Notes: generated from the sequence alone by a model not told the origin. Shown: positions 1 through 12,138, numbered from the stretch's first letter. The stretch: 64,000 nt of DNA from an uncultured Acidobacteriota bacterium (GCA_963796275.1 CAWCKY010000006.1:64001-128000), one strand, 5' to 3'. Made by a program: numbers and translations.

Positions 1-1535
1 TAGATATTCGTGAAACCCGCAATAATGGCTTCGCTATATTCCGGCAAGTTAACCTCAACCCCGTTTAGAGACGCTCGATTCTGTCCGACCGGTATCGCCG
101 TTCGCTTGCGCGAAATCCTCATCTCATCGCTTCCGGCATCTTCTACATATGGCACTTCGAATGGGGTGAGTTGACCAGGAGCCCCTCCCAGGCCGCTGAT
201 ATCAATCCCTTCACCTTCTTCATTGAGCCAGAGCTGGCTGGGAAGCAGACCGACGCGTAACACTGAACGCTCCATAGACTCATCGGCCAACCACTCCGAA
301 TCGGTTCCCGGATCGGAGACAAGGCCAGGATGAAAGAGCGATTCCAGATCGATCAGAACCGGATGCTCTCCCGCGGCGATCAGGTTCTCCAGATGGAAAT
401 CTGTCGCCCGCAGCAGATGGAGCAAAGCCAGATATTCGCCCTGCCGTCGATAAAAGCGCTCGACATCGGTTATCGATGCGCAGCTCTCCGCCGCGACAAA
501 TTCCTCCCATCCATACTTCCCACGATCGAGCACCTTCAGCGTTCGCAGCGGCGGAGAGGCGCCATGGTCATTCAACCACTCGATCAGTTCCTGGAAGTGA
601 AGGTCAACGGCGAGCGATCTGGGTTTATAAACGATCTTGAAACCTAAGCCGAACGTCGCAATCAGGACCGACCTGCCTTCTCTATGGTGATCTCCGGCTC
701 CGGCCTGAATCTCCGCCAGGACGCCTATGTCCCGTCCTGCGCCGAATTCGGCCAGAATAAGATCCCAGTCGTGACAGAGGTGTTGCAGAAATTCGAGACT
801 GTAGTCGACCCAGCAATTGATGCGAGTCGTGATCTGCCGCGCCAGCACCGGGTACTCTTCCAATAACGCCAACGTCTTATCCGGTTCGCGGAGACTCTCC
901 ACAAAACTATTGAATCTCGCCTTCGGGGTATCTCCGTTGAGTTGACCGCGCAGCCGCGCAACATTTAGCTCAAGGATCAGCGTCGGTGCCAGCACCTGAA
1001 TTACCGATGCCAATAGACTGGGGATAAATTTCGCATCGATGGTTTCTGCGTCGAAAGGCAATCCCTGCCGCTCCTCAGCCACCGCTTCAATTCCCGCGCG
1101 CAAGCGATCAAGAGCACGATCAAGCAGTGGTTCGATTACAAACAACAACTTCCACTGATCCGGTTTGTTTTCCCCTTGCGTCGGGGCGCTTGCGAACAAC
1201 CGCTTCGCGCTCCTCTCCTTCTCTCCGCTCTTACCGCCAAACGCCTCGCTCAGTTGCTGAAGCCAAGGGGGCGCTATTGGCCAACGCTCACGTAGCGATT
1301 CGATGGTCTCTCCCAACAAATATTTCAAACCTTCTTCATTGATTCCATAAATATCAAACCGCTGTAAGAAGAGCTTCTCCTGGTCAAATGGCGCATCGGT
1401 CCGCCATCGCTCCAATAACTGTGCGGCTCGTTCAGCATCGATTTTTCCTGGTAAAGGATGTGAAAGCGCGCGCAACGATTCGATGCGCTCGCTGAGAGTG
1501 ATAGCCTCATACCAGGCAAGGGTTTGTTCTGTCAT
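1..1535 (-). CDS. lanM: Class II lanthipeptide synthetase, N-terminal/dehydratase domain (3' end outside window)
   Basis: Not in the ORF track. Manual translation from ATG 1535 gives MTEQTLAWYEAITLSER...TLILELNVARL...GDHHREGRSV...IVYKPRSL...TDFHLENLIAAGEHPVLIDLESLFHP...SVLRVGLLP, in frame to position 1. Confidence 0.93.
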   Translation of the reverse strand, partial: MTEQTLAWYEAITLSERIESLRALSHPLPGKIDAERAAQLLERWRTDAPFDQEKLFLQRFDIYGINEEGLKYLLGETIESLRERWPIAPPWLQQLSEAFGGKSGEKERSAKRLFASAPTQGENKPDQWKLLFVIEPLLDRALDRLRAGIEAVAEERQGLPFDAETIDAKFIPSLLASVIQVLAPTLILELNVARLRGQLNGDTPKARFNSFVESLREPDKTLALLEEYPVLARQITTRINCWVDYSLEFLQHLCHDWDLILAEFGAGRDIGVLAEIQAGAGDHHREGRSVLIATFGLGFKIVYKPRSLAVDLHFQELIEWLNDHGASPPLRTLKVLDRGKYGWEEFVAAESCASITDVERFYRRQGEYLALLHLLRATDFHLENLIAAGEHPVLIDLESLFHPGLVSDPGTDSEWLADESMERSVLRVGLLPSQLWLNEEGEGIDISGLGGAPGQLTPFEVPYVEDAGSDEMRISRKRTAIPVGQNRASLNGVEVNLPEYSEAIIAGFTNI

Positions 1536-1968
1536 TGTATTAAATTTTCTACTGATTTTTTTGGTGTATGCTGTGATAAGTCAGCATCAGTCATTGCAAA
1601 TTGATAAGCGCTTTCACGCTGAGGTGCAGTGATTTGACAGAATATGTCGTGTTTGCTTTGAGGCTTGGGATCGATTGTAGCTAACCTAATTCAGGTATTT
1701 GGGGATCACGGAAAGAGTCATATCCCCCATCGAACGTGATACGAGTTTGCGTTTCGACCTGGCCGATAAGTGACCGCGATGCAGTTAAACTCGATAAGAT
1801 CGATCACTCATCATGCTCAGTTTAGAAGAAATGTCAGATTAAGTGGTGACTGTAGCGATGCACTCAAAAACGTAGAAAAAATGAACGCGAGCCGGTCGGA
1901 ACGATAAGCCGGCATCATCATGCGCACATTGTTTCTGCCCGGTTCGGAACCGTCCGTCAGGAGGCGCA

Positions 1969-2367
1969 CTACGAATCACGGCGTTCTATCAGGTCCCACA
2001 GATTGCCATACAGATCTTTAAATACGGCGACCGTGCCGTAAGTTTCCTCCTTCGGCTCTCTCTCGAACTTTATCCCCAACGACTTCATTTCATTATAGTC
2101 ACGCCAAAAATCATCTGTTTCCAGGAAGAGAAAGACGCGCCCGCCTGTCTGATTCCCAATGAATTCCGTCTGCTCGGGCGTTGACGCTCGCGCCAGTAGT
2201 AAGGTAGTTCCGGTCGATCCCGGAGGAGAAACGACAACCCATCGTTTATTCTGCTCGGGTTGATAGGTGTCCTCGACAAGCGTGAAGCGTAGTTTCCTGG
2301 TAAAAAATTCGATAGCCTCATCGTAGTCGCGAACCACCAGCGCCATATGAATAATGGATTGTTTCAT
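1969..2367 (-). CDS. VOC/glyoxalase family protein
   Basis: 132 aa; HMALVVRDYDEAIEFF...YGTVAVFKDLYGNLWDL motifs. Confidence 0.92.
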   Translation of the reverse strand: MKQSIIHMALVVRDYDEAIEFFTRKLRFTLVEDTYQPEQNKRWVVVSPPGSTGTTLLLARASTPEQTEFIGNQTGGRVFLFLETDDFWRDYNEMKSLGIKFEREPKEETYGTVAVFKDLYGNLWDLIERRDS

Positions 2368-2718
2368 CTAAACCCTCAAAAAGGATACTCCATCCATAGC
2401 GAATAAACTTGGTGAGCTTGGGTGGAGAGGGATGTTGAGATCGAAGGAAGCACGGAGGGCTTAACCCCTTCATGCTTTCTTCAATGATTCGTCTGAATCA
2501 TGACGTAGCAAAGGATTGGGTAATGAGCTCGCTTTTTAAAATTGGATGCCACATTCGAAAGGAGAAATGGATGCCATTATCAACTTCGACAATTGTTCCG
2601 TAGCTATAGGGAAAGGTAGCGAGCTTGCTTTCAGACATTGGACATCTCCAGTAATGACGAACAAGTTGTCATTTTGAATCATTCCTATGCTGATGGAGTT
2701 TCGGCGAACGACAGCTCA

Positions 2719-3183
2719 CTATGTGTAATACCTCACCAGCCATTCGGCGGCGCAGCAGGGCTTATCTCCGCCTTCGCGCTCGATCGTGATGGCCCAAGCC
2801 AACTGCCGGCCATCCGGGATCTCTTCAAGCGATTGCAAGGTGACGCGCGCGCGAATCTTCGATCCAGCGGGAACCGCCGATGGGAAGCGGACTTTGTTCA
2901 ACCCGTAATTGACGCTCATCCTGATCGGCAGTTTGATTTTGATCGTCTCCGACATCAGTTGGCTGAGCAGCGACAGCGTCAGAAACCCATGCGCGATTGT
3001 GGTTCCGTATGGCGATTCGGTCTTCGCCCGTTCGACATCGACGTGAATCCACTGATGGTCGCCCGTGGCGTCGGCGAAAAGATTGATGAGGTCCTGCGTG
3101 ACCTCGAACCAATCGCTTACGGCGACCTCAAGCCCCGTCAACGAACGCAATTCTTCGACACTGGTGATCTCTCTTACCGGCAT
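2719..3183 (-). CDS. MaoC-family (R)-hydratase/dehydratase
   Basis: FADATGDHQWIHVD...TIAHGFLTLSL motif; AGGGAG RBS before ATG 3183. Confidence 0.93.
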   Translation of the reverse strand: MPVREITSVEELRSLTGLEVAVSDWFEVTQDLINLFADATGDHQWIHVDVERAKTESPYGTTIAHGFLTLSLLSQLMSETIKIKLPIRMSVNYGLNKVRFPSAVPAGSKIRARVTLQSLEEIPDGRQLAWAITIEREGGDKPCCAAEWLVRYYT

Positions 3184-3607
3184 AAACTTTTTCTCCCTTG
3201 ACGACTTGGCGGTTACGAAGCGCAAAGCCGTGCGATTCTAAAACGGCGGGCTTGCGGTTACAAGACTCGGTTCTGTTGCAAATAAACCAGGATATTTATA
3301 TTGTCGTGCGCTTTGCCGCCGAAAAGATAGCCAACAAAAATCAAGGCGAAATGGCTGATCAAATGCTTGTTGGACATGGTCTGGGAACAAATACAGTTAG
3401 CACTCTACCTATCCGTGACATGTTGCTTCGACTCCTATACTCCGGGATATACACATTCGTCGGAAAACCACTTCTTGCCCGCCACGAAATAGGGAAAGGT
3501 CTGCTTGGCGTAAGATGTGTTACCTTGATGGAGCCGTTATTCGTATCGTAAAACTCTTCCCGTGTCGTTGTGAGGGATGTTACGATTCAAGCTGATTTGT
3601 TGGCTGA

Positions 3608-4807
<1,200 letters not shown>

Positions 4808-5272
4808 CCTCTGTGGCGAGCTCCATTACTACGATGCCTATGAAAGAGGCTACTTTTACCCTCAAAAGGGAGCCTTTACCGTGTGATCAAATCAGGATTT
4901 CTCGTGAGTGGCCTTTGAAGAGGAGGAGCGAGTTCGAATTCGCGATATACACCCCTCTCTGACAATTTTATTATATCAAAGTCTCGCCCGGAATGCAGGT
5001 TTTAGGCCCTCAAAAAACACCATCAAAAACTTGCCTGAATTTTCCCACTGTAGATGATGTCGAAGGCTAACTTCAGAGCCGAAGAAGGCGCACTCTCCAC
5101 ACAGATAGCGCTCTTAATGAAAGAAGATTGTGAGCCTTTGATGCACTGGTGGCCAGTGTCGTACCGGCGCGCCGGAAGCTCACAACCGATCAGTTGTCGT
5201 TATTGATTGAAAATACAGGAGATGATAATGCCAGGCATCATGAGTGACTATGGTAGAACAGATCACAAGTCC

Positions 5273-6736
5273 ATGACCGAACATGCGGTGGTGATCGCAG
5301 GAGGAGGTCCGACGGGGCTGATGTTGGCGGCCGAGTTGGCGTTGGCGGGGGTCGACGTTGCCATTGTCGAGCGGCGCGCCAGCCAGGACATCATTGGCTC
5401 GCGCGCGGGCGGTCTGCATTCACGCACCATCGAAGTTCTCGATCAGCGTGGAATTGCCGACCGGTTTCTCTCGCAGGGACAGTTGCATAAAGTCGTGCAC
5501 TTCCACATCCCTCTGGACATCAGCGACTTTCCCACCCGGCACAACTATGTGCTCGGGCTGTGGCAGAACCATATCGAGCGCATCCTGGCCGGCTGGGTCG
5601 GTGAGCTGGCGGTACCGATCTATCGCGGACATGAAGTGACAGGTTTCGCGCAGGACGACACCGGCGTCGACGTCGAGTTGTCCGACGGCAACTCGCTGCG
5701 GGCGGAATATCTCGTCGGCTGCGACGGAGGACGCAGTTTGATCCGTAAAGCAGCCGGCATCGAGTTCCTCGGGTGGGATCCGACGACGAGCTGGTTGATC
5801 GCCGAGGTCGAGACGTCCGAGGAGCCGGAATGGGGCTTCCGCCACGACGCCCTTGGTACCCACGGGATCGGCAAGATGGAGGATGGGCGGCGGATGCGGG
5901 TGGTGCTGACCGAACAGCAGGTAGGACCGGCCAGCGAACCGACCCTGCGCGATGTCAGTGAAGCGCTGATCGCCGTATACGGGACAGACTATGGGATCCA
6001 CAGTCCCACCTGGATCTCCAGGTTTACCGATATGACGCGGCAGGCAGCGGCCTACCGCGTCAGACGGGTCCTGCTGGCCGGCGACGCCGCACACGTGCAT
6101 CCTCCGGTGGGTGGACAGGGCCTCAATATCGGTGTGCAGGACGCTGTGAATCTGGGATGGAAGCTGGCCCAGGTGGTCAACGGGACGTCGCCCGAAAGCC
6201 TTCTGGATACGTACCACGCCGAGCGTCACCCGGTCGCTGCTCGCGTGCTACGCAACACGATGGCGCAAATGGCGATTCGCCGCCCAGACGACCGCACGAA
6301 GGCCTTGGGCGACTATGTTTCCGAGCTCCTCAGCATGGACGAGCCTCGCAGACGATTAGCCGCGGAGATGTCTGGCCTGGACATTCATTACGACCTCGGC
6401 GAGGGACACCCGCTGCTGGGACGCCGTATGCCCGATCTCGACCTGGTCACCGCGAGCGGCCCGCTGCGCGTCTTCTCACTCCTTCACGATGCGAGGCCGG
6501 CGTTACTCAACCTCGGTGAGCCCGGCAGTTTTGACATTACCCCATGGGCAGATCGGGTTCAGTTAATCGACGCCGAATACTCTGGTATCTGGGAGCTTCC
6601 GGCACTCGGGGCGGTCACTTCTCCCTCCGCCGTGTTGATTCGGCCCGACGGATATGTGGCCTGGATGGGAGATCTAATCCAGGTAGGGCTCGCCGACGCG
6701 CTAACCACCTGGTTTGGACCGCCTACTGCGGCGTAG
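5273..6736 (+). CDS. FAD-dependent monooxygenase (group A, PheA/TfdB/Rox-like)
   Basis: GGGPTG, GCDGGRS and LAGDAAHVHPPVGGQGLN fingerprints; start may be slightly upstream. Confidence 0.92.
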   Translation: MTEHAVVIAGGGPTGLMLAAELALAGVDVAIVERRASQDIIGSRAGGLHSRTIEVLDQRGIADRFLSQGQLHKVVHFHIPLDISDFPTRHNYVLGLWQNHIERILAGWVGELAVPIYRGHEVTGFAQDDTGVDVELSDGNSLRAEYLVGCDGGRSLIRKAAGIEFLGWDPTTSWLIAEVETSEEPEWGFRHDALGTHGIGKMEDGRRMRVVLTEQQVGPASEPTLRDVSEALIAVYGTDYGIHSPTWISRFTDMTRQAAAYRVRRVLLAGDAAHVHPPVGGQGLNIGVQDAVNLGWKLAQVVNGTSPESLLDTYHAERHPVAARVLRNTMAQMAIRRPDDRTKALGDYVSELLSMDEPRRRLAAEMSGLDIHYDLGEGHPLLGRRMPDLDLVTASGPLRVFSLLHDARPALLNLGEPGSFDITPWADRVQLIDAEYSGIWELPALGAVTSPSAVLIRPDGYVAWMGDLIQVGLADALTTWFGPPTAA

Positions 6737-6772
6737 CGAGCCGGCCTTGAGCGGGATCCATTTGTGATGTCT

Positions 6773-6836
6773 GTGTCCTTCGGGAGCCGGATTGACTAAT
6801 TTATTGCCGTGTCAATCCTGGCTCCCGAAGGGACAC
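6773..6836. repeat. Inverted repeat (REP-like hairpin or terminator) after the monooxygenase
   Basis: GTGTCCTTCGGGAGCCGGATTGAC ... GTCAATCCTGGCTCCCGAAGGGACAC. Confidence 0.7.
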
Positions 6837-7197
6837 GATGCGGTAAAGAGCAAGATGAAATCTCGGCAAATCGTTGGTGAGGGGGGCTCTATTGGTGAGC
6901 AAAGTTCTGGTGAGCAGGAGCATTTAACAGGTCTTGTTAGAGTGAGCATAGCCGAGAGTGAATCTACGCTCGTTCCTTATTACCCATCAAAGTTTCCGAA
7001 CTGAAGGCCAAAACCTTCAACGTAGATGGACTTGTAATCACAATTAAGAAACTCGATGACAAAGACCTTTCAGCCCAGTAGGGTATATAGAGATTCTACT
7101 GGAGAACGTAGCGAGCAATCCCATAACATTTCAGCCAAGCCGGCTCGCGGTTGTGGGCAATGACAACAAGCAAGCATTTTTGTCATATCAGCACCTA

Positions 7198-7416
7198 TAC
7201 GGGTTGAACAAAGTCCGCTTCCCATCGGCGGTTCCAGCCGGATCGAATATCCGCGCGCGCGCCACCTTGCAATCGCTCGAAGAGACCCCGGAGGGCCGGC
7301 AGTTGGCTTGGGCCATCACGGTAGAGCGAGAAGGCGGAGATAAGCCCTGCTGCGTCGCCGAATGGCTGGTGAGGTATTACACATAGTGAGCTGTCGTTCG
7401 CCCAAACTCCATCAGC
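7198..7416 (+). pseudogene. Inverted partial duplicate of the MaoC gene 3' end and its downstream flank (copy of 2689-2907)
   Basis: 219-bp near-identical reverse complement; YGLNKVRFPSAVPAGS...EWLVRYYT* with no 5' half. Confidence 0.92.
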
Positions 7417-7561
7417 CTTTTAATTCTCACAGATAACATCTAATGACGACGACGACTATCTATCAATGTATGAGGAATTTCCCGACACGCTAGAGCCTGT
7501 TATTAACTTTCACTACAAAGATTGACTGCTTACTGCTTCGCGGCACTACAGTAAAGTCGTC

Positions 7562-8287
7562 CTACCTCACGGTGAGGTGGTAAGTCACGTTTTGCGAAAA
7601 GCCAGCGAATGGACCAGATACAAGAGCCGCTTCAAAGTGGAGCACGTGGGTACCCGGGGATAGAGGCTTGAGCATCAGCCAGTAACCGTCAGATGCCGAA
7701 CGGCCAGAGGTCACATTTGGAAGAAAGAGGATATTATTCTGTGCTGGCATCCTGAAGTCGAACGGCGGGGACTCCACGCGAAACCGCTTCAGGTGCTTCA
7801 CCTTTACCCCATCGATGGTCGCATTCAAGGTGCTTCTGCCTACGTCATTTATGAACGCTTGGGCGCAGCCGAGCCGTTCCTCGTCAGTGCTGCCGAAGAA
7901 CGGAGGCGATTCCACGTTCGAGCACTCCACGTTGATGAGCGGGAAAAACAAGGGCTTCTCGGATGGCACAGTGCACCCACGGGTTACGGGCTCCCCCGTA
8001 GCTGTGCCCGCAAGAAAGAAGACCGGGCGCGATTGATGGATTCTGCAATTTCCCCCTGTGGTATCAAAGCTTGGGTTGCTAGGCACGGGTATCGAGAAAT
8101 TCCACTCCCACCATTCCGCCGACCACTCCCCATAAGTCTTGCCAAACACAGTCGCGTACGGCGGAAAAACGCTGGCGTTATGATTGTTGCCAGCCTGGGT
8201 TAATGGCATCGTTGTCGGCACCACGAGCCCAAAGATGATTACGATACTTGTCACCGCGCTTCGCCAAAAGTTCATGCTACTTTGCAT
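7562..8287 (-). CDS. Secreted protein of unknown function (Cys/Trp-containing)
   Basis: AAGGAG RBS, signal-peptide-like N terminus, GKTYGEWSAEWWEW...PVFFLAG...SDGYWLMLKPL. Confidence 0.8.
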   Translation of the reverse strand: MQSSMNFWRSAVTSIVIIFGLVVPTTMPLTQAGNNHNASVFPPYATVFGKTYGEWSAEWWEWNFSIPVPSNPSFDTTGGNCRIHQSRPVFFLAGTATGEPVTRGCTVPSEKPLFFPLINVECSNVESPPFFGSTDEERLGCAQAFINDVGRSTLNATIDGVKVKHLKRFRVESPPFDFRMPAQNNILFLPNVTSGRSASDGYWLMLKPLSPGTHVLHFEAALVSGPFAGFSQNVTYHLTVR

Positions 8288-8642
8288 TGTAAGACTCCTT
8301 TCGAGGGGATCTCCTAGAGAGAGGAGATCAATCTGAACCAATCAAGTTTTTTATCGCAAAGAGACAAAGGGGACGAAGAAGACAAACCAAATCAGGCTTT
8401 TGCCTCTTCGATCGTTTTATCCTTTGTTTTTATTTGATCACTTCTTATCGTTAACTTTCCAAGTCGTGTCTGGTTAATCGAAATTCGGGAAGTTGGCTGA
8501 AATTCGGCGCGACCCGTGCCGTTGATCTACATATCGGCGCTGACTGGCTGACTTTATGGCCTTTTACGATTAAGAAAAATAGTATGACGAGTTCAAGGAA
8601 ATATTCCCTCTCGTCTTATCGTGACTAAAAAGTGGCAAATAT

Positions 8643-8667
8643 TTCAAGAAATATTTTATTTCTTGAA
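8643..8667. promoter_or_regulatory. Perfect palindrome, operator-like
   Basis: TTCAAGAAATA-ttt-TATTTCTTGAA upstream of the 7562-8287 gene. Confidence 0.4.
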
Positions 8668-8872
8668 CTGGAGTTTCGGGAGGATTGTCACCGAACCTCT
8701 GTTTCGCCCGTGGGTGGGAACGGTCGAAGCCAGCCTACGCAGCAGGTGCACGGCAGAGGGTTGAAGCAGGCGTGGGGTTTGCGTTCTGAGACATTCGATG
8801 CCATCGCGAATAATCTGCCGTACCTATGCGGCCAGCCGCCAGCGAGGCGCGTTTTCTCTGACGGTATGCACA

Positions 8873-9207
8873 TCATTTCGCTCCAAGGTATTTGAGCATG
8901 AACTCCTGCATGGCAATGTAGGCGTCCTCAATCTGGGTCCGGTCGCCGCCGACAAAGGCATGTTCTCCCTTGTCGATCGATACCAAGATATAGGGAACAC
9001 CATGCTTCTTGAATTGATCGGCCATCTTTAGAGATTCCTCGAAAGGCACATCTGTATCCATGGTTCCATGCATCCAGTATGTCGGCGGGAACTCGCGTGT
9101 CACATTCTTGACGGGCTCATAGGGCGCGATTTCCCGAGCAATCGAATCCGGATTGAACCCGCTTACTTCTTGAGGCCAAAGCCCGTTCTGGCGGTAATAC
9201 TGATAAA
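8873..9207 (-). pseudogene. 3' fragment of an alpha/beta hydrolase
   Basis: IYQYYRQNGLWPQEVSG...FPPTYWMHGTMDTDVP...GEHAF: catalytic Asp/His region only. Confidence 0.8.
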
Positions 9208-9470
9208 TGGCTTTGGCGACACGGAAGGGTACCGGTTACTACAAGGTACCGTCACTCAAAGGTGTCTGGTATCGCGGGCATTATGTACATGATGGCTCAG
9301 TCGCGAGTTTGGAAGAGATGTTCGACTCGGACCGCCTGAAAGATACCCGCGTGCCTGGAGGATGGAGTCCGCCGGGTGTAAAGACTCGTGCAATTAAAGG
9401 CCACGAATTCGGGCTGAACCTGTCGGCGGAAGAGCGCACTGCATTGATCGCGTTCCTGCGGATGCTGTAG
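9207..9470 (+). pseudogene. 3' fragment of a di-heme cytochrome c peroxidase-like protein
   Basis: YKVPSLKGVWYRGHYVHDGSVASLEEMF...LIAFLRML*; no CxxCH left. Confidence 0.75.
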
Positions 9471-9597
9471 CGCCCTCTGGAGATGTGCTTGGAGTGTTTA
9501 GCGACGCCGGCGTCTACGCCTTCTTCGGCCTACGGCGCCTGGGAACGGTCCCTGGCGCTCCAGGTATTCCCGGCAGTCCTGGCGCCAGCGGGCGTTT

Positions 9598-12105
9598 TTA
9601 TTTGATGACCGCGGCCAACTGCTCTTTCACTGAAGCATCGGTACCAGGGACGGGCACTCGCTTTGGCGCGGGGAACTCGATTCCTGCTTCCCGAAAGGCG
9701 TGGGCGATCTTCATGGCAACTTCGCTATTAACTCTTTTATGCATTTCTAGCTTAGCCACCCAGAAGTTCAATTCGAAGCCGAGCGAAATAGTGTCACCGA
9801 ATCCCAGAAAGAAGACTGATGGCTCGGGCTCACGCAAGACATCAGGGTGCGAAACGGCCGTTTCGATCAATACCTTGGCGACCTTTTCGGGGTCTTCGCC
9901 GTAAGCCACTTTGACCATTAATTCTGTCCGCCTTTTCTGTTCAGTCAATGTCCAATTAACCACCTGACTGGAGATCAGACTGGAATTGGGCACGATCACT
10001 TCGGCGCCCTGTGGGGTGCGAATCGAACTCGATCTCATCCCCATCCGGGTGACTTCTCCAGCAGTGCGATCGACTTCCAGAAAGTCTCCTATGCGGATCG
10101 GTCGCTCGAAGAGGAGGATGATTCCTGAAACAAAGTTGTTGATGACGTTCTGCAGGCCGAATCCAGCACCGACGCCAATAGCGCCGGTCAGTATGGTAAA
10201 CTTCGAGAGTTCGACTCCCGCGGCTGAAAGAGCCAGCAGGAATACACACAACAGAATCAGGTAATAGGTGATCGTCGAGATTGCATATGGAATACCGAGT
10301 TTCAGCTTAAGCCGCCCCAGTATATTCTCCCTGAGCACTATCCGAATGATGCTGGCCAGACCAAAGCCGGCCGCAATCACCAGGACAAATGTCAGCACAT
10401 CCCCTAAAGTGAAGCTCGCCGCTCTCAACTTGATTGGAGTCGTGAGCGCGAATGAGGCGGCATTCAACACTTTTTCACGAATCGTAAAACAATTGAGCAT
10501 TATGAATGCCCATAAGAAGAACGCTCCCCAACTCATAAGCCGCAAGGTCCAGGGGACTATGGTCTCTCCCCGCAAGCCGGCGGCGGACGTGGAGCCGGTC
10601 TGGCGAGTTCTGGAAAGCACACAGAGAAAATTAGCTGTTACGATATAAGCAGTATAAAGAAGGACCGCGGAGTATGCGCTGAGGACTGTCCCTGATCTGA
10701 GGACCCGAGAAAGTCCGACGTAGCCAAAGATGTTCGCCATCAGCGAAATCAGGATCAGAGCAAACGACAAATAAATGGCATGGATGACCAGGCGGGCTTT
10801 TCTATCCGATGATCGAAGCTCGCGGCGAACGCGTCGTGTCAGCCAGAGAACAATGGCGATGACGGCTATGCTCAATACAGCAAGGCCCCAACGCTTCAAC
10901 TCCGGCGAAGTGACGACCGATTCCAAGAGCCATGACGTCATCCCAAAGACTACCAGCACATACAAAAGCGGACGGAATCCCGGCCTGATCAGAGGCGCAA
11001 TCAATCGCACCACCGGCGCCAGAGATAGCAGGATCACCAGCGTGCGGATCTGCGCCGGGAAGGTAGCCATCATTGGTAAAAGAATCATCAAAACAGTGAG
11101 GACCGCCAGGGAAACCGGACGCTGTAAGGGCTGGATGGGTGTTGCAATCTCTGGGTGTTCCTTCACCCAGCCTCGAATCCGGTGACGAATGGCGATTCCG
11201 CTCGCCAGTGCGATCAGAAAGAGCGACAGGACGCCCAAGCCGGTATAGCGCCTGCCCTTGATGAATTCCAGCGTACGGGCCAGGTTCCGGTTGAAAGACA
11301 GTCTGACCATACGATCGAAGGACCGGTCAGCTGGCTTTATTGAGGCAGCGTCCCATAAAGGAGGGCTATCCGGATCTAAGAGGCTGCGTTCGAGCCGATC
11401 CTCCTCACGCGAAATGTTGGTCAGGGCATCCTGGACTACCTTGTCCTGCCGTGAAACCTGATCTTGAAGTACCAACAAATATCTCAGTAGTTCCTTCGCT
11501 CGTGTTCTGGTGTTCTGGGTTTCGCTCAGAACGTTATGAATGCGGTCAACGACCGACTCAATCGCTGCCGGATCCAGGATCTGGTTGAGTGCCGCCTGCC
11601 ATTCCGTTTGCTGGTTATCGAGGAAGTGCACGTCTTCCTCCACCGCCTTCGCACGTTCAGTCAGTTTTTTGAGCAATGAATCGTACAGCTCCTTTTGAGC
11701 GAGCCATCCCTGTTCTACATCCTGGAGTTCGGTACGGGTCGGGGTAAGCCCGATCAACTCATCCAATTCAAGCTGCTTCTCGCCGATCAGACTCTCTTGC
11801 GACTTCAGCGTCTGATCAATTGAGGTAAGGGTGGAATCAATTGTCAGACGGTCGTTCACCTCACGTAATTTTTGTATCGATTCTTCAGCGCGGGGTATGA
11901 TCTGCGGCAGTGGGATTGCCGGTGCCGGGATCTGACTTGGGATGGCGGCAGGCTCGACTTGCGGAGTCGGACTCGGAGCTGCTTTAAGCTTCGGCTTTTT
12001 CTGCGCGACGGTTTGCCCCGGCAAAGCGACTAGGGCGCTGAAGATAGAGAGCAACAAGAGTATGAGCGCCAGGCTCAGTCCGGCGATTTCAATAGTCCTT
12101 TTCAT
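9598..12105 (-). CDS. Large MscS/MscK-family mechanosensitive channel
   Basis: Periplasmic coiled coil, many TM segments, GFGLQNVINNFVSGIILLFERPIRIGD. Confidence 0.93.
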   Translation of the reverse strand: MKRTIEIAGLSLALILLLLSIFSALVALPGQTVAQKKPKLKAAPSPTPQVEPAAIPSQIPAPAIPLPQIIPRAEESIQKLREVNDRLTIDSTLTSIDQTLKSQESLIGEKQLELDELIGLTPTRTELQDVEQGWLAQKELYDSLLKKLTERAKAVEEDVHFLDNQQTEWQAALNQILDPAAIESVVDRIHNVLSETQNTRTRAKELLRYLLVLQDQVSRQDKVVQDALTNISREEDRLERSLLDPDSPPLWDAASIKPADRSFDRMVRLSFNRNLARTLEFIKGRRYTGLGVLSLFLIALASGIAIRHRIRGWVKEHPEIATPIQPLQRPVSLAVLTVLMILLPMMATFPAQIRTLVILLSLAPVVRLIAPLIRPGFRPLLYVLVVFGMTSWLLESVVTSPELKRWGLAVLSIAVIAIVLWLTRRVRRELRSSDRKARLVIHAIYLSFALILISLMANIFGYVGLSRVLRSGTVLSAYSAVLLYTAYIVTANFLCVLSRTRQTGSTSAAGLRGETIVPWTLRLMSWGAFFLWAFIMLNCFTIREKVLNAASFALTTPIKLRAASFTLGDVLTFVLVIAAGFGLASIIRIVLRENILGRLKLKLGIPYAISTITYYLILLCVFLLALSAAGVELSKFTILTGAIGVGAGFGLQNVINNFVSGIILLFERPIRIGDFLEVDRTAGEVTRMGMRSSSIRTPQGAEVIVPNSSLISSQVVNWTLTEQKRRTELMVKVAYGEDPEKVAKVLIETAVSHPDVLREPEPSVFFLGFGDTISLGFELNFWVAKLEMHKRVNSEVAMKIAHAFREAGIEFPAPKRVPVPGTDASVKEQLAAVIK

Positions 12106-12138
12106 GGGCACGCACAGGTTTATTCCTCTCAACTAAGA

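Noticed and set aside
1536-1968. Lanthipeptide precursor upstream of lanM
   Set aside because: No RBS-led ORF with a leader and Cys/Ser/Thr-rich core was found.
2615-2628. Sixth sigma54 promoter (GGTAGCGAGCTTGC)
   Set aside because: No upstream CTCCAATAT pair, poor -24 context, and it points antisense into MaoC.
5273-6736. Rifampicin monooxygenase (rox) call
   Set aside because: Family motifs are shared with many flavoprotein monooxygenases; substrate cannot be assigned by eye.
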